Shown: positions 11,301 through 19,276, numbered from the stretch's first letter. The stretch is DNA of 64,000 nucleotides from Bryobacterales bacterium (GCA_965218555.1 OZ244625.1:247492-311491); one strand, 5' to 3'. Notes: generated by a model from the sequence alone, not told the origin. Numbers and translations: made by a program.

Positions 11301-11803
11301 AGCACATCATCGGCGGCTGGCAGTCGAACGGGATCATCTCGCTGCGCACCGGTTTCCCGTACCAGATCCGGGCGCGACGGCAAGATCTGAACGTCGTCGA
11401 GGAGCACGTGCGGCCGGACCTTGTCGGGCAGCCTGCGTTCGCCGGCCAGAACCGCAAGTTGTGGTTCCGCCCGGATGCCTTCCAGCGGGTCACGTGCCGC
11501 ATTCCCGAACGGCAGGATCTGTGTCATGTCGGCGACTTCGGCTATAACGTGCTCGACTCGCCGGGACAGAGGAGAGTCGATTTCGGCCTCTTCAAGAACT
11601 TCCAGATTACGGAGAGGTTCACTCTACAGTTCCGTTCGGAGTTCTACAACGCGTTGAATACGCCCTATTTCAACCAGCCGTCGAGCTCCCTGGGGTTTTC
11701 TTCGGTGACGCAGCTCACCCCGGACAGCTCTCGTCAGGGAGAGATCCGAGGCACGCGGCAGGACATGCGGATTCTTCAGTTCGGACTGAAGCTCTCCTTC
11801 TAA
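8309..11803 (+). CDS. TonB-dependent receptor with carboxypeptidase-regulatory-like N-terminal domain
   Basis: ATG 8309 gives signal peptide MFASNRKIRLSTLIGLVVLLGLVTLPLHAQ. The N-domain reads GLVTDATGAVIPGATVTMTNVDTGITTTVNTNETGNYRF. A long barrel ends in the aromatic ...LQFGLKLSF. Confidence 0.85.
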   Translation: MFASNRKIRLSTLIGLVVLLGLVTLPLHAQRTSTQTIEGLVTDATGAVIPGATVTMTNVDTGITTTVNTNETGNYRFSYVPVGNYNVRCELDGFKTQSVSGVRVETTAQVRTNFVMEVGDVTETIEVAADAITLNTENSTVGSVIENRQIVELPLNGRNIVQLAVLVPGVQFGQRSGMNRGDSGYIPEGSYSVSANGVRELHQVVSLDGTDTADVRRSVTPFVPSIEAIEEFKLQTSSFSAETGFGGGAVTNITLKSGTNELHGTFYEFLRNNALDAEPYFLNFERAANERTEVNQRIRNQFGFVMSGPIVKNKTFWMFAWDGRRERTKSVAESFYPHDSFRGGDFSELMTPTPRSGGRMRQPILIYDPFTGDPFPNNTIPSDRIHPGIRDNILPVVARADFRQPDPLDFTRRQGLVRPLTVNQYFTKVDHHFSDTDRIFGRLAVSKSDRVNPTLNPNFMSTRGENTYNVATQWIHTFSQNMINEFRFGFQKFNRGSFSPRTGDESFNMPALGIGPFHIIAGSGRQLDTDEHGYPNLSLYNVNDGREYNNPNNQQIGNHLSVIKGSHNLKMGGEVYRLTMHDGGANLGRGRVRWSNNEVGLNHASFLMGIPNTTETPEGVAITSPVAVRQGYYIQDDWKFSPRLTINMGFRFDYNGNIRGRGGFLRTVLFPDENHAPGTAVGNGGFTDPDTGRQIPTMGPPELGEGGAIKLFHQDVRFFMPRLGIAYRPTEKWVVRTAAGYFDNLMHWNNWSILNLNPPLAAATEFIQTMDPAQSITVSGIGGEPVTLRTQRFRDNNLAITLDDPFLDNVGALPSNLGDPVNTVALNPETKDGDMWKWSFDLQRDLGFNTQLTVGYVGHAMRHVGNSMRNWNSPAPSPDSQIQANRPFPRFFDPATPELGVQNLSTVRYLDTYQNAFHHGLQMELKKRYSSGFMFGVAYTFSKTHGDGEAGGNQGAQIQQPRLCRHCDRGRLRFDQTQYLVANFVWDMPGRNLPGALKHIIGGWQSNGIISLRTGFPYQIRARRQDLNVVEEHVRPDLVGQPAFAGQNRKLWFRPDAFQRVTCRIPERQDLCHVGDFGYNVLDSPGQRRVDFGLFKNFQITERFTLQFRSEFYNALNTPYFNQPSSSLGFSSVTQLTPDSSRQGEIRGTRQDMRILQFGLKLSF

Positions 11804-11830
11804 GCCGGGAGGCTGAACTTTTTAACAAGG

Positions 11831-11860
11831 GGCCGGCCCTCACGGGCCGGCCTTTTCCTT
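11831..11860 (+). terminator. rho-independent terminator after the receptor gene
   Basis: GGCCGGCCC-TCAC-GGGCCGGCC perfect 9-bp GC stem followed by TTTTCCTT, 28 nt after the stop codon. Confidence 0.6.
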
Positions 11861-12111
11861 GCGCTCGTCATCCGGCCGTGACGCGCGCTCTTCCGCGTTT
11901 GCCTCACGATCCAACAGGCATCTACAATCAGCCCACGGGTGCAGGTGGGTGTCTGCGCCATCCCGTCCCGGAGGACGCGCCCGCCGCTTACCGTCGGATA
12001 CGCAGTTGTGAGTCGTCCGGAGAAACCATCTCGCTTCGGTTCGGCATGCTTGACGGCCGCACTGGCTATCGTTTTGTCGTGGGGTTGCGCCGCCCCGACG
12101 TCGACGGAACA
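11844..12111 (+). repeat. 268-bp direct repeat, copy 1 (duplicated 5' region of the gene at 12975)
   Basis: Aligns base-for-base with 12811-13078 (constant offset 967). I counted roughly 20 substitutions and saw no indel. Confidence 0.9.
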
Positions 12112-12235
12112 ACGGCATTCCGGACCGAGCGCCCTTGGCCGCCGACGGCCGAAGTACAGGATGAAGCACTCGTCCCAAGGTGCTTGCGCTCGTTCCACCA
12201 GAACGCGGTGCAGTCGGCGATGCGTGAGACAATGA
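11939..12235 (+). pseudogene. duplicated, truncated 5' fragment of the haem/monooxygenase/TPR lipoprotein gene
   Basis: Encodes the same signal peptide and lipobox (VSRPEKPSRFGSACLTAALAIVLSWGCAAPTSTEQ from the GTG equivalent at 12008). It diverges at 12112 into an unrelated basic tail and stops. Confidence 0.55.
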
Positions 12236-12378
12236 ACTGCTTGTCGAGCCGTACCGGCGGCGTATGGCGGCGCACGTGAGCGACAATACAGAGTACAAGC
12301 CCTTGCCGTGGCCGCACGAGGCCGTGGTGATCGGTCAGATGATGTGAATGGGGAGGACGTTGTGAGAAGGTATAGGCG

Positions 12379-12684
12379 ATGAGCGCTGAACTGATCGGCA
12401 TTCTGAGTGTGGGTGTTGCGCTGGCGGCACTCCACGTGGCAAGTATCAAGGGCTTGCGCGAGGACATGAACGCAAGCATCAAGGGCTTGCGCGAGGACAT
12501 GAACGCAAGCATCAAGGGCTTGCGCGAGGACATGAACGAAAGTATCAAGGGCTTGCGCGAGGACATGAAGGTCATGGAGAATCGCCTGGACTCCCTGGAG
12601 CAACGCATGGCGCGGCTGGAAGGCGTGCTGGACGGCTTGCGCGAGGCGCTCTTCGAGCGCGCCCGCGAGCGGGTGTCGGAATGA
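12379..12684 (+). CDS. small membrane-anchored coiled-coil protein with 4 x 11-aa tandem repeat
   Basis: 101 aa. Hydrophobic N-terminus AELIGILSVGVALAALHVA, then four repeats of SIKGLREDMNA (last repeat ends KV), then MENRLDSLEQRMARLEGVLDGLREAL. The weak RBS lowers confidence. Confidence 0.5.
   Translation: MSAELIGILSVGVALAALHVASIKGLREDMNASIKGLREDMNASIKGLREDMNESIKGLREDMKVMENRLDSLEQRMARLEGVLDGLREALFERARERVSE
12442..12573 (+). repeat. 33-bp x 4 perfect-register tandem repeat (in-frame inside ORF 12379-12684)
   Basis: Units at 12442, 12475, 12508 and 12541: AG(T/C)ATCAAGGGCTTGCGCGAGGACATGAA(CGCA/CGAA/GGTC). Confidence 0.95.
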
Positions 12685-12810
12685 CGCTTCTATCAAAGCG
12701 GCAATGGGTGTGTATCGGCCCCGATTCGGGTGTTCGATGTTCCCACAACCATACCTCCTATCTCTCTCCCCCCTGTGGTTATCCCTGTATTCCCGGAGGC
12801 CCCGCCTCGC

Positions 12811-13078
12811 GGGCCGGCCTTTTCCTTGCGCTCGTCCTTCGGCCGTAACGCGGACTCTTTCGTGTTTGCCTCACGATCCAACAGGCATCTACAATCAGCC
12901 CACGGGTGCAGGTGGGTGTCTGCGTCATCCCGTCTCGGAAGACGCACCTGCCGCTTCCCGTCGGATACGCAGTTGTGAGTCGTCCGGAGAAACCATCTCG
13001 CTTCGGCCCGGCATGCTCTACGGCCGCACTGGCTATCGTTTTGTCGTGGGGTTGCGCGGCCCCGACGTCGACGGAACA
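12811..13078 (+). repeat. 268-bp direct repeat, copy 2 (native 5' region of the gene at 12975)
   Basis: See copy 1. It includes the degenerate terminator-like hairpin, the leader and the first ~35 codons of the intact gene. Confidence 0.9.
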
Positions 13079-14933
13079 GACGTCTCGCCCAGGGTCGAGC
13101 CGGTGGACCTTCACGCGAGACATCGCTCCGGTGATCTACGAGAACTGCGCCGGGTGCCACCGTCCGGGTGAAGCCGGTCCCTTCCCGCTGCTGACCTACG
13201 ACGACGTTCGTCGTCGTGCAGGGCTTGTTCAGACCGTGACGCAGAGCCGCTACATGCCGCCCTGGCTTCCCGAACCGGGCTATGGAGATTTCGAAGGCGT
13301 GCGGCGAGTGAGCGGCGAAGAGATTGCCATGATCGAAGAGTGGGTTGCCGGAGGCGCTCCCGAAGGTGACCCCGCCGACCTCCCTCCCTTGCCCGAGTGG
13401 ACGGAGGGATGGCAGTTGGGCGAGCCGGATCTCGTGATTCAGATGCCGGAGGCCTACGACCTGCCCGCCGGCGGAGAGGATGTCTTTCGCAACTTCGCGA
13501 TTCCTATCCCTGTTTCCGAACCCAAGTACGTTCAAGGCTTCGAGTTCCGCCCCGGCAACGCCAAGATCGTGCATCATGCCCGGATGCTGCTGGACCGTTC
13601 CGGCCGTTCCCGGCGGCGTAATGCCGAAGAGCCGGGACCCGGTTTCGCAAGCAGCATGCTCATGGACGAGATCTTTGACCCCTCCGGTCACTGGATCGGC
13701 TGGACGCCGGGCAAGCAGCCGGTTCTGCGTCCCGACGATATGGCGTGGGAACTATTGCCGGGGACCGATCTTGTGCTCGAAATGCACATGCTTCCGACCG
13801 GAAAGCCGGAGCGGTTACAGTCCTCGTTTGGTTTTTACTTCACCGCCGCGAAACCGTCGCGGACACCCTTCATTCTTCGCTTGGGCTCAAAGACGATCGA
13901 CATCGCGCCGGGAGAAGAGCACTACGTGATCGAAGACCGCTACGTGCTGCCGGTGGACGTCGAGGTTCTCAACGTGTACCCGCACGCGCACTATCTCGGA
14001 CAGCGAATGGAAGGTTGGGCCGTACTCCCCGACGGGACGAAACACCCGCTGCTGCGCATCGAGAGATGGGACTTCGACTGGCAGGACGAATACCGTTACG
14101 TCAAGCCGCCTGTCCTGCCTCGGGGAACCGCGCTGGAGATGCGTTTCACGTACGACAACTCGGCGGCGAACGCGGAGAATCCGAGGAATCCTCCGGTACG
14201 CGTAACGTACGGTTGGAAGACCGCCGAGGAGATGGGGGACCTGTGGTTTCAAGTGCTGCCGCGCGACTCGAACGACTGGGCGCTGCTGAGCCGCGATTTC
14301 GGACGCAAGGAACGGCTGGCGCAGATCGCGGGTTATGAGAAGCAGTTGCAGATTCATCCCGAAGACTACGAAAAACACAATGCGCTGGGGAACCTCTACC
14401 TCGAAGCCAATGACACCGGCAAGGCGATCCCTTGTTTCCGGCGGGCTCTGGCGATCAAGCCGGACTATCCGTACGCGCACTACAACCTGGGGGTCGCGAG
14501 CGAGTCTTTGGGCAAGGCGGATGAGGCGATCGGCCACTACCGCACCGCGCTCCGGCACCGGCCGGATCACGCCCCCTCTCATAACAACATGGCGATTGCA
14601 CTGTTTGACCGCGGTGACGTATCCGCCGCAACGCAACATCTCAAAGAGGCGATTGCCGCGGACAAGGCCAACGCCGAAGCACACAACAACCTCGGCATTG
14701 TGTTCGGCTCGCAGGGCGATTTCGACGCCGCGGCTCGCGAGTTCCGGCAAGCCCTGCGGCTCGCCCCTGATTACGCCGAAGCTCATAACAACCTGGCTAA
14801 CACCCTGGCGGCGATGGGCAAGCTTGACGAAGCCATCCGCCACTACAAGCAGGCTCTGGAAATTTCTCCCGATTACGCCGACGCCCGGCGCAACCTGTCG
14901 CTTGCAGAGCGCGCCAGACAGTCGGAACCCTGA
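12975..14933 (+). CDS. lipoprotein: c-type haem site + PHM/DBH-like copper monooxygenase fold + C-terminal TPR array
   Basis: GTG 12975 precedes the lipobox LSWGC. CAGCH haem-c motif is present. Ordered Cu-ligand-like motifs are VHHARM, LEMHM, YPHAHYLG and EEMGDLW, spaced about 70/66/81 aa. The C-terminus has about seven TPR-like repeats (AHYNLG, AHNNLG, AHNNLA). The start could also be 12906. Confidence 0.8.
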   Translation: MSRPEKPSRFGPACSTAALAIVLSWGCAAPTSTEQTSRPGSSRWTFTRDIAPVIYENCAGCHRPGEAGPFPLLTYDDVRRRAGLVQTVTQSRYMPPWLPEPGYGDFEGVRRVSGEEIAMIEEWVAGGAPEGDPADLPPLPEWTEGWQLGEPDLVIQMPEAYDLPAGGEDVFRNFAIPIPVSEPKYVQGFEFRPGNAKIVHHARMLLDRSGRSRRRNAEEPGPGFASSMLMDEIFDPSGHWIGWTPGKQPVLRPDDMAWELLPGTDLVLEMHMLPTGKPERLQSSFGFYFTAAKPSRTPFILRLGSKTIDIAPGEEHYVIEDRYVLPVDVEVLNVYPHAHYLGQRMEGWAVLPDGTKHPLLRIERWDFDWQDEYRYVKPPVLPRGTALEMRFTYDNSAANAENPRNPPVRVTYGWKTAEEMGDLWFQVLPRDSNDWALLSRDFGRKERLAQIAGYEKQLQIHPEDYEKHNALGNLYLEANDTGKAIPCFRRALAIKPDYPYAHYNLGVASESLGKADEAIGHYRTALRHRPDHAPSHNNMAIALFDRGDVSAATQHLKEAIAADKANAEAHNNLGIVFGSQGDFDAAAREFRQALRLAPDYAEAHNNLANTLAAMGKLDEAIRHYKQALEISPDYADARRNLSLAERARQSEP

Positions 14934-15090
14934 GCCGGATTCTGTTGGCCGACGAGAGCCGGGACGGGTTTGCCTGGCGGAACAAGGCCCCGTACAATCA
15001 GCCTTGAGGGCGCGGCTTCGCCGGGATGCAAATCGTCGGCAAAAAGACCGCCCCCTGGATGGACGGATCGTTCTGAGCGGGAACTCCAGG

Positions 15091-15699
15091 ATGCAAGTCG
15101 CCGGACCGTGCAAGGAGCCAACAATCGCTCTTTACATCGTCCTGTCGGTGCTCGCGGGCCTGCTGATGAGCTTGTCTTGCGGCGGTTCCGATCCAAAAGT
15201 GGTGTTGCTTGACCTCGACGGACGATCGGTCGCCCCTCTCGATGACATAGACGCCCGGGCAAGCGTCTTCATCTTCAGCAGCGTCGATTGTCCCGTTTCG
15301 AACCGTTACGCCCCGGAGGTGCAACGGCTCAAGGCGGAGTTCTCGAACCAAGGCGTCAGGTTCTGGCTCGTGTATCCGAACCCCGCCGAGACACCGGGTG
15401 CCATTCGGCAACACCTGGAGGACTTTGGATACGACTTCGATGCCCTCCGCGACCCGGAGCATCGGCTCGTGGACTTGACTCGAGCGAGCGTGACACCCGA
15501 GGCCGCGGTTTTCGCTTCCGACAGCCGCCTGGCCTATCGCGGCCGGATCGACGACCGCTATCTCGACTTTGGAAAGGTCCGTCCGCGTCCGACGAAGCAC
15601 GACCTCGAGGAAGCCTTGCAGGTGGTCCTCGCCGGCGAATCGTTCACCCCTCGCTTTACCAAGGCGGTCGGATGCTACATCTCCGATATGCGGCGTTGA
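15091..15699 (+). CDS. thioredoxin-fold (redoxin-like) lipoprotein with CxxS motif
   Basis: ATG 15091. Lipobox LMSLSCGG. FIFSSVDCPVSNRYAPEV...VRFWLVYPN...TPEAAVF is a redoxin-type layout. The 454-aa ORF-track call is an upstream extension overlapping the previous gene. Confidence 0.75.
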   Translation: MQVAGPCKEPTIALYIVLSVLAGLLMSLSCGGSDPKVVLLDLDGRSVAPLDDIDARASVFIFSSVDCPVSNRYAPEVQRLKAEFSNQGVRFWLVYPNPAETPGAIRQHLEDFGYDFDALRDPEHRLVDLTRASVTPEAAVFASDSRLAYRGRIDDRYLDFGKVRPRPTKHDLEEALQVVLAGESFTPRFTKAVGCYISDMRR

Positions 15700-15845
15700 G
15701 CTGAGACCGTCCGAACCAACGCGGCCAAGGATCCCCGGATCGGCAGTCGCGCGCAAAGAAAGGCGCGGCGTTCCTGGGGCGACCACGCTTTACCCACTCG
15801 AACCGGGGCGCCTGACGCCGCCCGCGTGACTTGCACCAGGGGCGG

Positions 15846-16841
15846 CTATGCGGCGAGATAGCCGTCGAGCTTCTGCTTCGAATCCCGCAGGTACACGGGC
15901 ATCGCTTCGCCTTCGCCGCCGATCTCGAAGATCAGCACGCCGGGATACTGAATCTCTCGCAGCTTGGAAAGCAGCCGAGGGTAATCGATGAAGCCGTGGA
16001 CGAGCGGCTTGTGTTCGCGCCAGGTGTCCGGCTCGATGTCGTGGACGTGCAGATGGAACAGCTTTTCGCCGAGCGCCTCGACGATCTTCACGTTGACGTC
16101 GTTGTACGCCTTGATTCCTTCGGGCGTACCGTATTCCTCGGGCTTGACGTGTGACAGCTCATCGAAGCGGGCCTGATGTCCCACGTCGAGCGTCACCCCG
16201 ACGTTGTCGTGGTTGATCTCGTCGATAAAGTCGACGAGCCCCGGAATTGAAGGCGGCGCGCTGGTTTCGCAGGCGATCTGAAATCCTAGGTCGGCGGCCA
16301 TAGACGCCCATTTGCGGGTTCGTTCGATGACCGTGGGACGAGTCTCCTCCAACTTCGTTCCGCCGGATTGAGGGTGCAGCACCGCGACCTTGGCTCCCAT
16401 GAACCCGCTGGCCTCGATGCTCATCTCGAGGTCCGCGACGGCATCGTCGTCATCGGGTTGCATGTAGGGCACCGAGAAGGGAAGATGGACCGTTACCTGG
16501 TCGAACGGCGCGAGCGCCGCCTTGATCTTCTCTTTCTGCTCCTCCGTAAGCTGGTCGTATCGGAAGCCCGGGTGTTGCTCCGGCGTGGCTTCAAGGCGCC
16601 CCAAGACGAGCAGAACCTCGAGCGTGCGGAATCCGAGACCATACACGATATCGATAGCCTCGAAAAACCCCGCGCCCTGAATAGCGGTGTTGGCGCCGAC
16701 GACGTGAGGCACGAACTCGAATCGCGGCGTGGGCGCGTCAGAGGCCGGTTGCTGCCCATCGCAGCCGAACAGAGAAGCGGCCGCCCATCCACCCGCACAA
16801 GTCAGAAAACCGCGACGATCGAGTCCGTGCATCGGCCTCAT
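15846..16841 (-). CDS. sugar phosphate isomerase/epimerase (xylose-isomerase-like TIM barrel), Tat-exported
   Basis: Twin-arginine leader MRPMHGLDRRGFLTCAGGWAAASLFGC. Family-typical blocks are VTVHLPF, VLHPQSGG, TLDVGH and HLHVHD. Confidence 0.85.
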   Translation of the reverse strand: MRPMHGLDRRGFLTCAGGWAAASLFGCDGQQPASDAPTPRFEFVPHVVGANTAIQGAGFFEAIDIVYGLGFRTLEVLLVLGRLEATPEQHPGFRYDQLTEEQKEKIKAALAPFDQVTVHLPFSVPYMQPDDDDAVADLEMSIEASGFMGAKVAVLHPQSGGTKLEETRPTVIERTRKWASMAADLGFQIACETSAPPSIPGLVDFIDEINHDNVGVTLDVGHQARFDELSHVKPEEYGTPEGIKAYNDVNVKIVEALGEKLFHLHVHDIEPDTWREHKPLVHGFIDYPRLLSKLREIQYPGVLIFEIGGEGEAMPVYLRDSKQKLDGYLAA

Positions 16842-17191
16842 TATAGGAGGACGCGCGTTACACCCTCATGAAGCCCTTGCGAGATGAGGCGCGGCGCAGA
16901 GGAAAGACGGGCCGGTGCAACTGTTTCAAGAGGAAGAGAGAACCCCGTAGCAAAGGGCAGCACCAGGGAAACCGCCGACTTCGGGAGCAGGCTATTCAGT
17001 TGCCGGCGATACGTCGCCTTCGGGGCTCGATGGAGCGCGGGCGAGAGACGGTCTTCGCAAAGGTGATAGCTCTGCCGCGATCCAAAGTGAGATCGAAGTG
17101 AAACGAAAGCACGAGCACAACCCGTCCTACTATGCGAAGAGAGTCGTTCCGAGAGCCATCGCTTCCTTGGAAAGGTAAGGAGAAACCAGCC

Positions 17192-17425
17192 ATGCAGAAG
17201 AAAAAGATCTACCGCTACACCCACTTCGATTGCCGGCCGGAAGAGCACCCCTACGGCAACCCTCAAGAGCCCGTTAAGGTACGCGTCATGCCGCCGAACG
17301 CAACCATGGAGGACCTTGAAGCGGCTGTGCAGGAAGACGATGTCGTCTCCATGACCGACGAACAGGCGGAAGCTCTGGACGCTCGGCTCAACGAAGGAGT
17401 GACTCCAGATGGAGTAGCGCTGTAG
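17192..17425 (+). CDS. hypothetical small acidic protein
   Basis: ATG 17192 is preceded by AAGGAGAAACCAGCC. 77 aa. Its stop lies 4 nt before the ArdC-like gene. No recognisable motif. Confidence 0.4.
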   Translation: MQKKKIYRYTHFDCRPEEHPYGNPQEPVKVRVMPPNATMEDLEAAVQEDDVVSMTDEQAEALDARLNEGVTPDGVAL

Positions 17426-17428
17426 CCT

Positions 17429-17893
17429 ATGCCCAATAGATCATCACAGCTAACCGCCAGGGAGTTCGCCGAGAACGCCGCAGAGCGCGTCATCGAGCAG
17501 TTGATGAAGGATGTGGCTCCCTGGCAGAAGGAACGGGACGCTCCGACGGGAGCCGAAGCACCGCCCTACAACCCTGTCTCTGGCACCCGCTATCGAGGTC
17601 TCAACTCCATCATGCTCCGATCCGAGGCGGAAGAACGCGGCTACTCGGATCTTCGTTGGGTGACCTTCAACAACGCCAAAAAACTTGGAGGCCACATTCG
17701 TAAGGGCGAGCGGGGAACCGCCATCGAATACTGGAAGTTTTTTTTTAAGACGGAAGGCAAGGTCAAGGATGCCAAGGACGGCGAAGAGCAAGAAAACCCC
17801 AAGATCATCCACCTCACCTACACCGTCTTCAATGGAGAACAGGTCAAGCGGATTCCGCCGCGCGAGATACGCACCAAGTTGACCATGGCCTGA
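17429..17893 (+). CDS. ArdC-like N-terminal (DUF1738) ssDNA-binding domain protein, lacking the C-terminal metalloprotease domain
   Basis: APWQK...PYNPVSGTRYRGLNSIMLRSEAEERGYSDLRWVTFNNAKKLGGHIRKGERGTAIEYW matches the ArdC N-domain. The ORF stops after 154 aa. Confidence 0.7.
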   Translation: MPNRSSQLTAREFAENAAERVIEQLMKDVAPWQKERDAPTGAEAPPYNPVSGTRYRGLNSIMLRSEAEERGYSDLRWVTFNNAKKLGGHIRKGERGTAIEYWKFFFKTEGKVKDAKDGEEQENPKIIHLTYTVFNGEQVKRIPPREIRTKLTMA

Positions 17894-18197
17894 TTGGGTT
17901 GCTCCAACCTCACACGGTCTGGAGGCCCTTTAGTTCGTGCTAACCGAATGAATGCAGCCATCCGCTCTGCGTTCGACAAGGATCGCGCAGTCGAAAAGAC
18001 GGGCTCTTCTTGATGCGACCCAAGGGCCTTCCCTCGTCACCAGGTGGAACTATCTGCAACAGTTTCCTTGCAGAAGAAGTGGGGTTTGCCAAAGGCAACC
18101 TCCGCTTGAACGGCCCCACTCACTGAAAGGCTACTCGGGCAGGCAATGCTAATGCACCACTTCATGTTGTGCATTCAAGGTAGAATCGGACCGGCGC

Positions 18198-18956
18198 GTG
18201 CAAACGATCATACTTGGACTCGCGCTGAAGAAACGGCTACAACTTCCGCCCATGCTCCGGCTGCTGACACTTCTGATCGCCCTCGGCGTTGTTTTCGCCA
18301 CGACCGACGCTTCGGATCGCGGCTTCGTTCCGATCTTTGACAGCGACAGCCTCGACGGTTGGCGCGTCGTCCCGGCCGAGCGTGAGGCTGACTGGTCGGT
18401 CCGCGACAGACGGCTCGTTGGCAGGACGCAGGGAGAGGGCTCGGACCTCATCTGGACCGGCGGAGAATTGAGCGATTTCGAACTGAAGCTCTCCTACCGG
18501 ATCAGCTCGCCGGCCAACTCGGGGATTCATATCCGAGGCCTGCTCGGTCATTCGAAGACGCACCGCATCACGGGCTACCACGCCGATTTCGGCCACGTCG
18601 GGATCGGCCCCGAAGTGCTCGGCGCCTGGGACTTCCACGGCTACCCTCGCGGGGCGAATCTCGTCAACCGCGGACAGGTCGTCACGATCAACGAAGCCGG
18701 AGACAGGACGTTTGCGGATCTTGAAGACGCTCTGACTCCGACCGACGTCAGTGTCGACGGGTGGAACCTGGTTCATGTCATCGTTCAAGGCGAACGCTTT
18801 TCGTTCACGATCAACGGCAAGACCGCCTCGCAAGTGATCGACCAAGAGTCCTCGAAGCGCATCGACCGGGGTGTAATCGGTCTGCAGATACATTCCGGAA
18901 AGCCGATGTGGGTGGAGTTCAAGGATATCGTTCTCAAGTCAACCGACGACTCCTAA
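18198..18956 (+). CDS. DUF1080 (3-keto-disaccharide hydrolase-like) domain protein, secreted
   Basis: GFVPIFDSDSLDGWRVV...DWSVRDRRLVG...SDFELKLSYRISSPANSGIHIRG...GVIGLQIHSGKPMWVEFKDIVLK. An alternative start at 18252 gives signal peptide MLRLLTLLIALGVVFA. Confidence 0.85.
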   Translation: MQTIILGLALKKRLQLPPMLRLLTLLIALGVVFATTDASDRGFVPIFDSDSLDGWRVVPAEREADWSVRDRRLVGRTQGEGSDLIWTGGELSDFELKLSYRISSPANSGIHIRGLLGHSKTHRITGYHADFGHVGIGPEVLGAWDFHGYPRGANLVNRGQVVTINEAGDRTFADLEDALTPTDVSVDGWNLVHVIVQGERFSFTINGKTASQVIDQESSKRIDRGVIGLQIHSGKPMWVEFKDIVLKSTDDS

Positions 18957-19276
18957 GCCGAAGAAGATGAACTACGCGCCAACGCTGCGGACGGTGATGC
19001 CATGCAACGCGACGCTTCGGGAGTGGTCTTGAACATCCTTGATGAAGTGATTGCGCAGCAATGGGTTTTCCGGCGACGTTGCTTGACGGTTGCATTCTCC
19101 ACGAGGTCGTTCCGGACTCCGTCTTCGATTCCGAAGGCGTTGCGTCGTGCTACGTGGATCGTCCGTGTCAAAAGTCTCCACAGGAGACATGAACCTTCGC
19201 AAAGCAAGTGAAACCCGGTGCAGTTAGCGTAAACTACTCTCGTCAGCCCAGCCCATCCAGGAGGAATCAAGCAACC

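Noticed and set aside
12112-12378. Minus-strand reading ...DHHGLVRPRQGLVLCIVAHVRRH...DKQFIVSRIADCTAFWWNERKHLG / WDECFILYFGRRRP as a decayed transposase or toxin gene inside the 699-bp insert
   Set aside because: The frames are broken, and the resemblance to any family (for example RAYT-like NPV.AGLV endings) is too weak to claim without a profile search.
12442-12573. The 33-bp x 4 tandem repeat as a possible CRISPR array
   Set aside because: The units are directly adjacent with no spacers, are in-frame inside an ORF and are not palindromic. No cas genes are in the window.
14335-15699. 454-aa ORF-track call spanning the end of the TPR gene and the redoxin gene
   Set aside because: The first ~250 codons are an alternative frame of the TPR gene with a low-complexity translation. 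Only the segment from ATG 15091, which has a lipoprotein signal and a redoxin fold, is credible.
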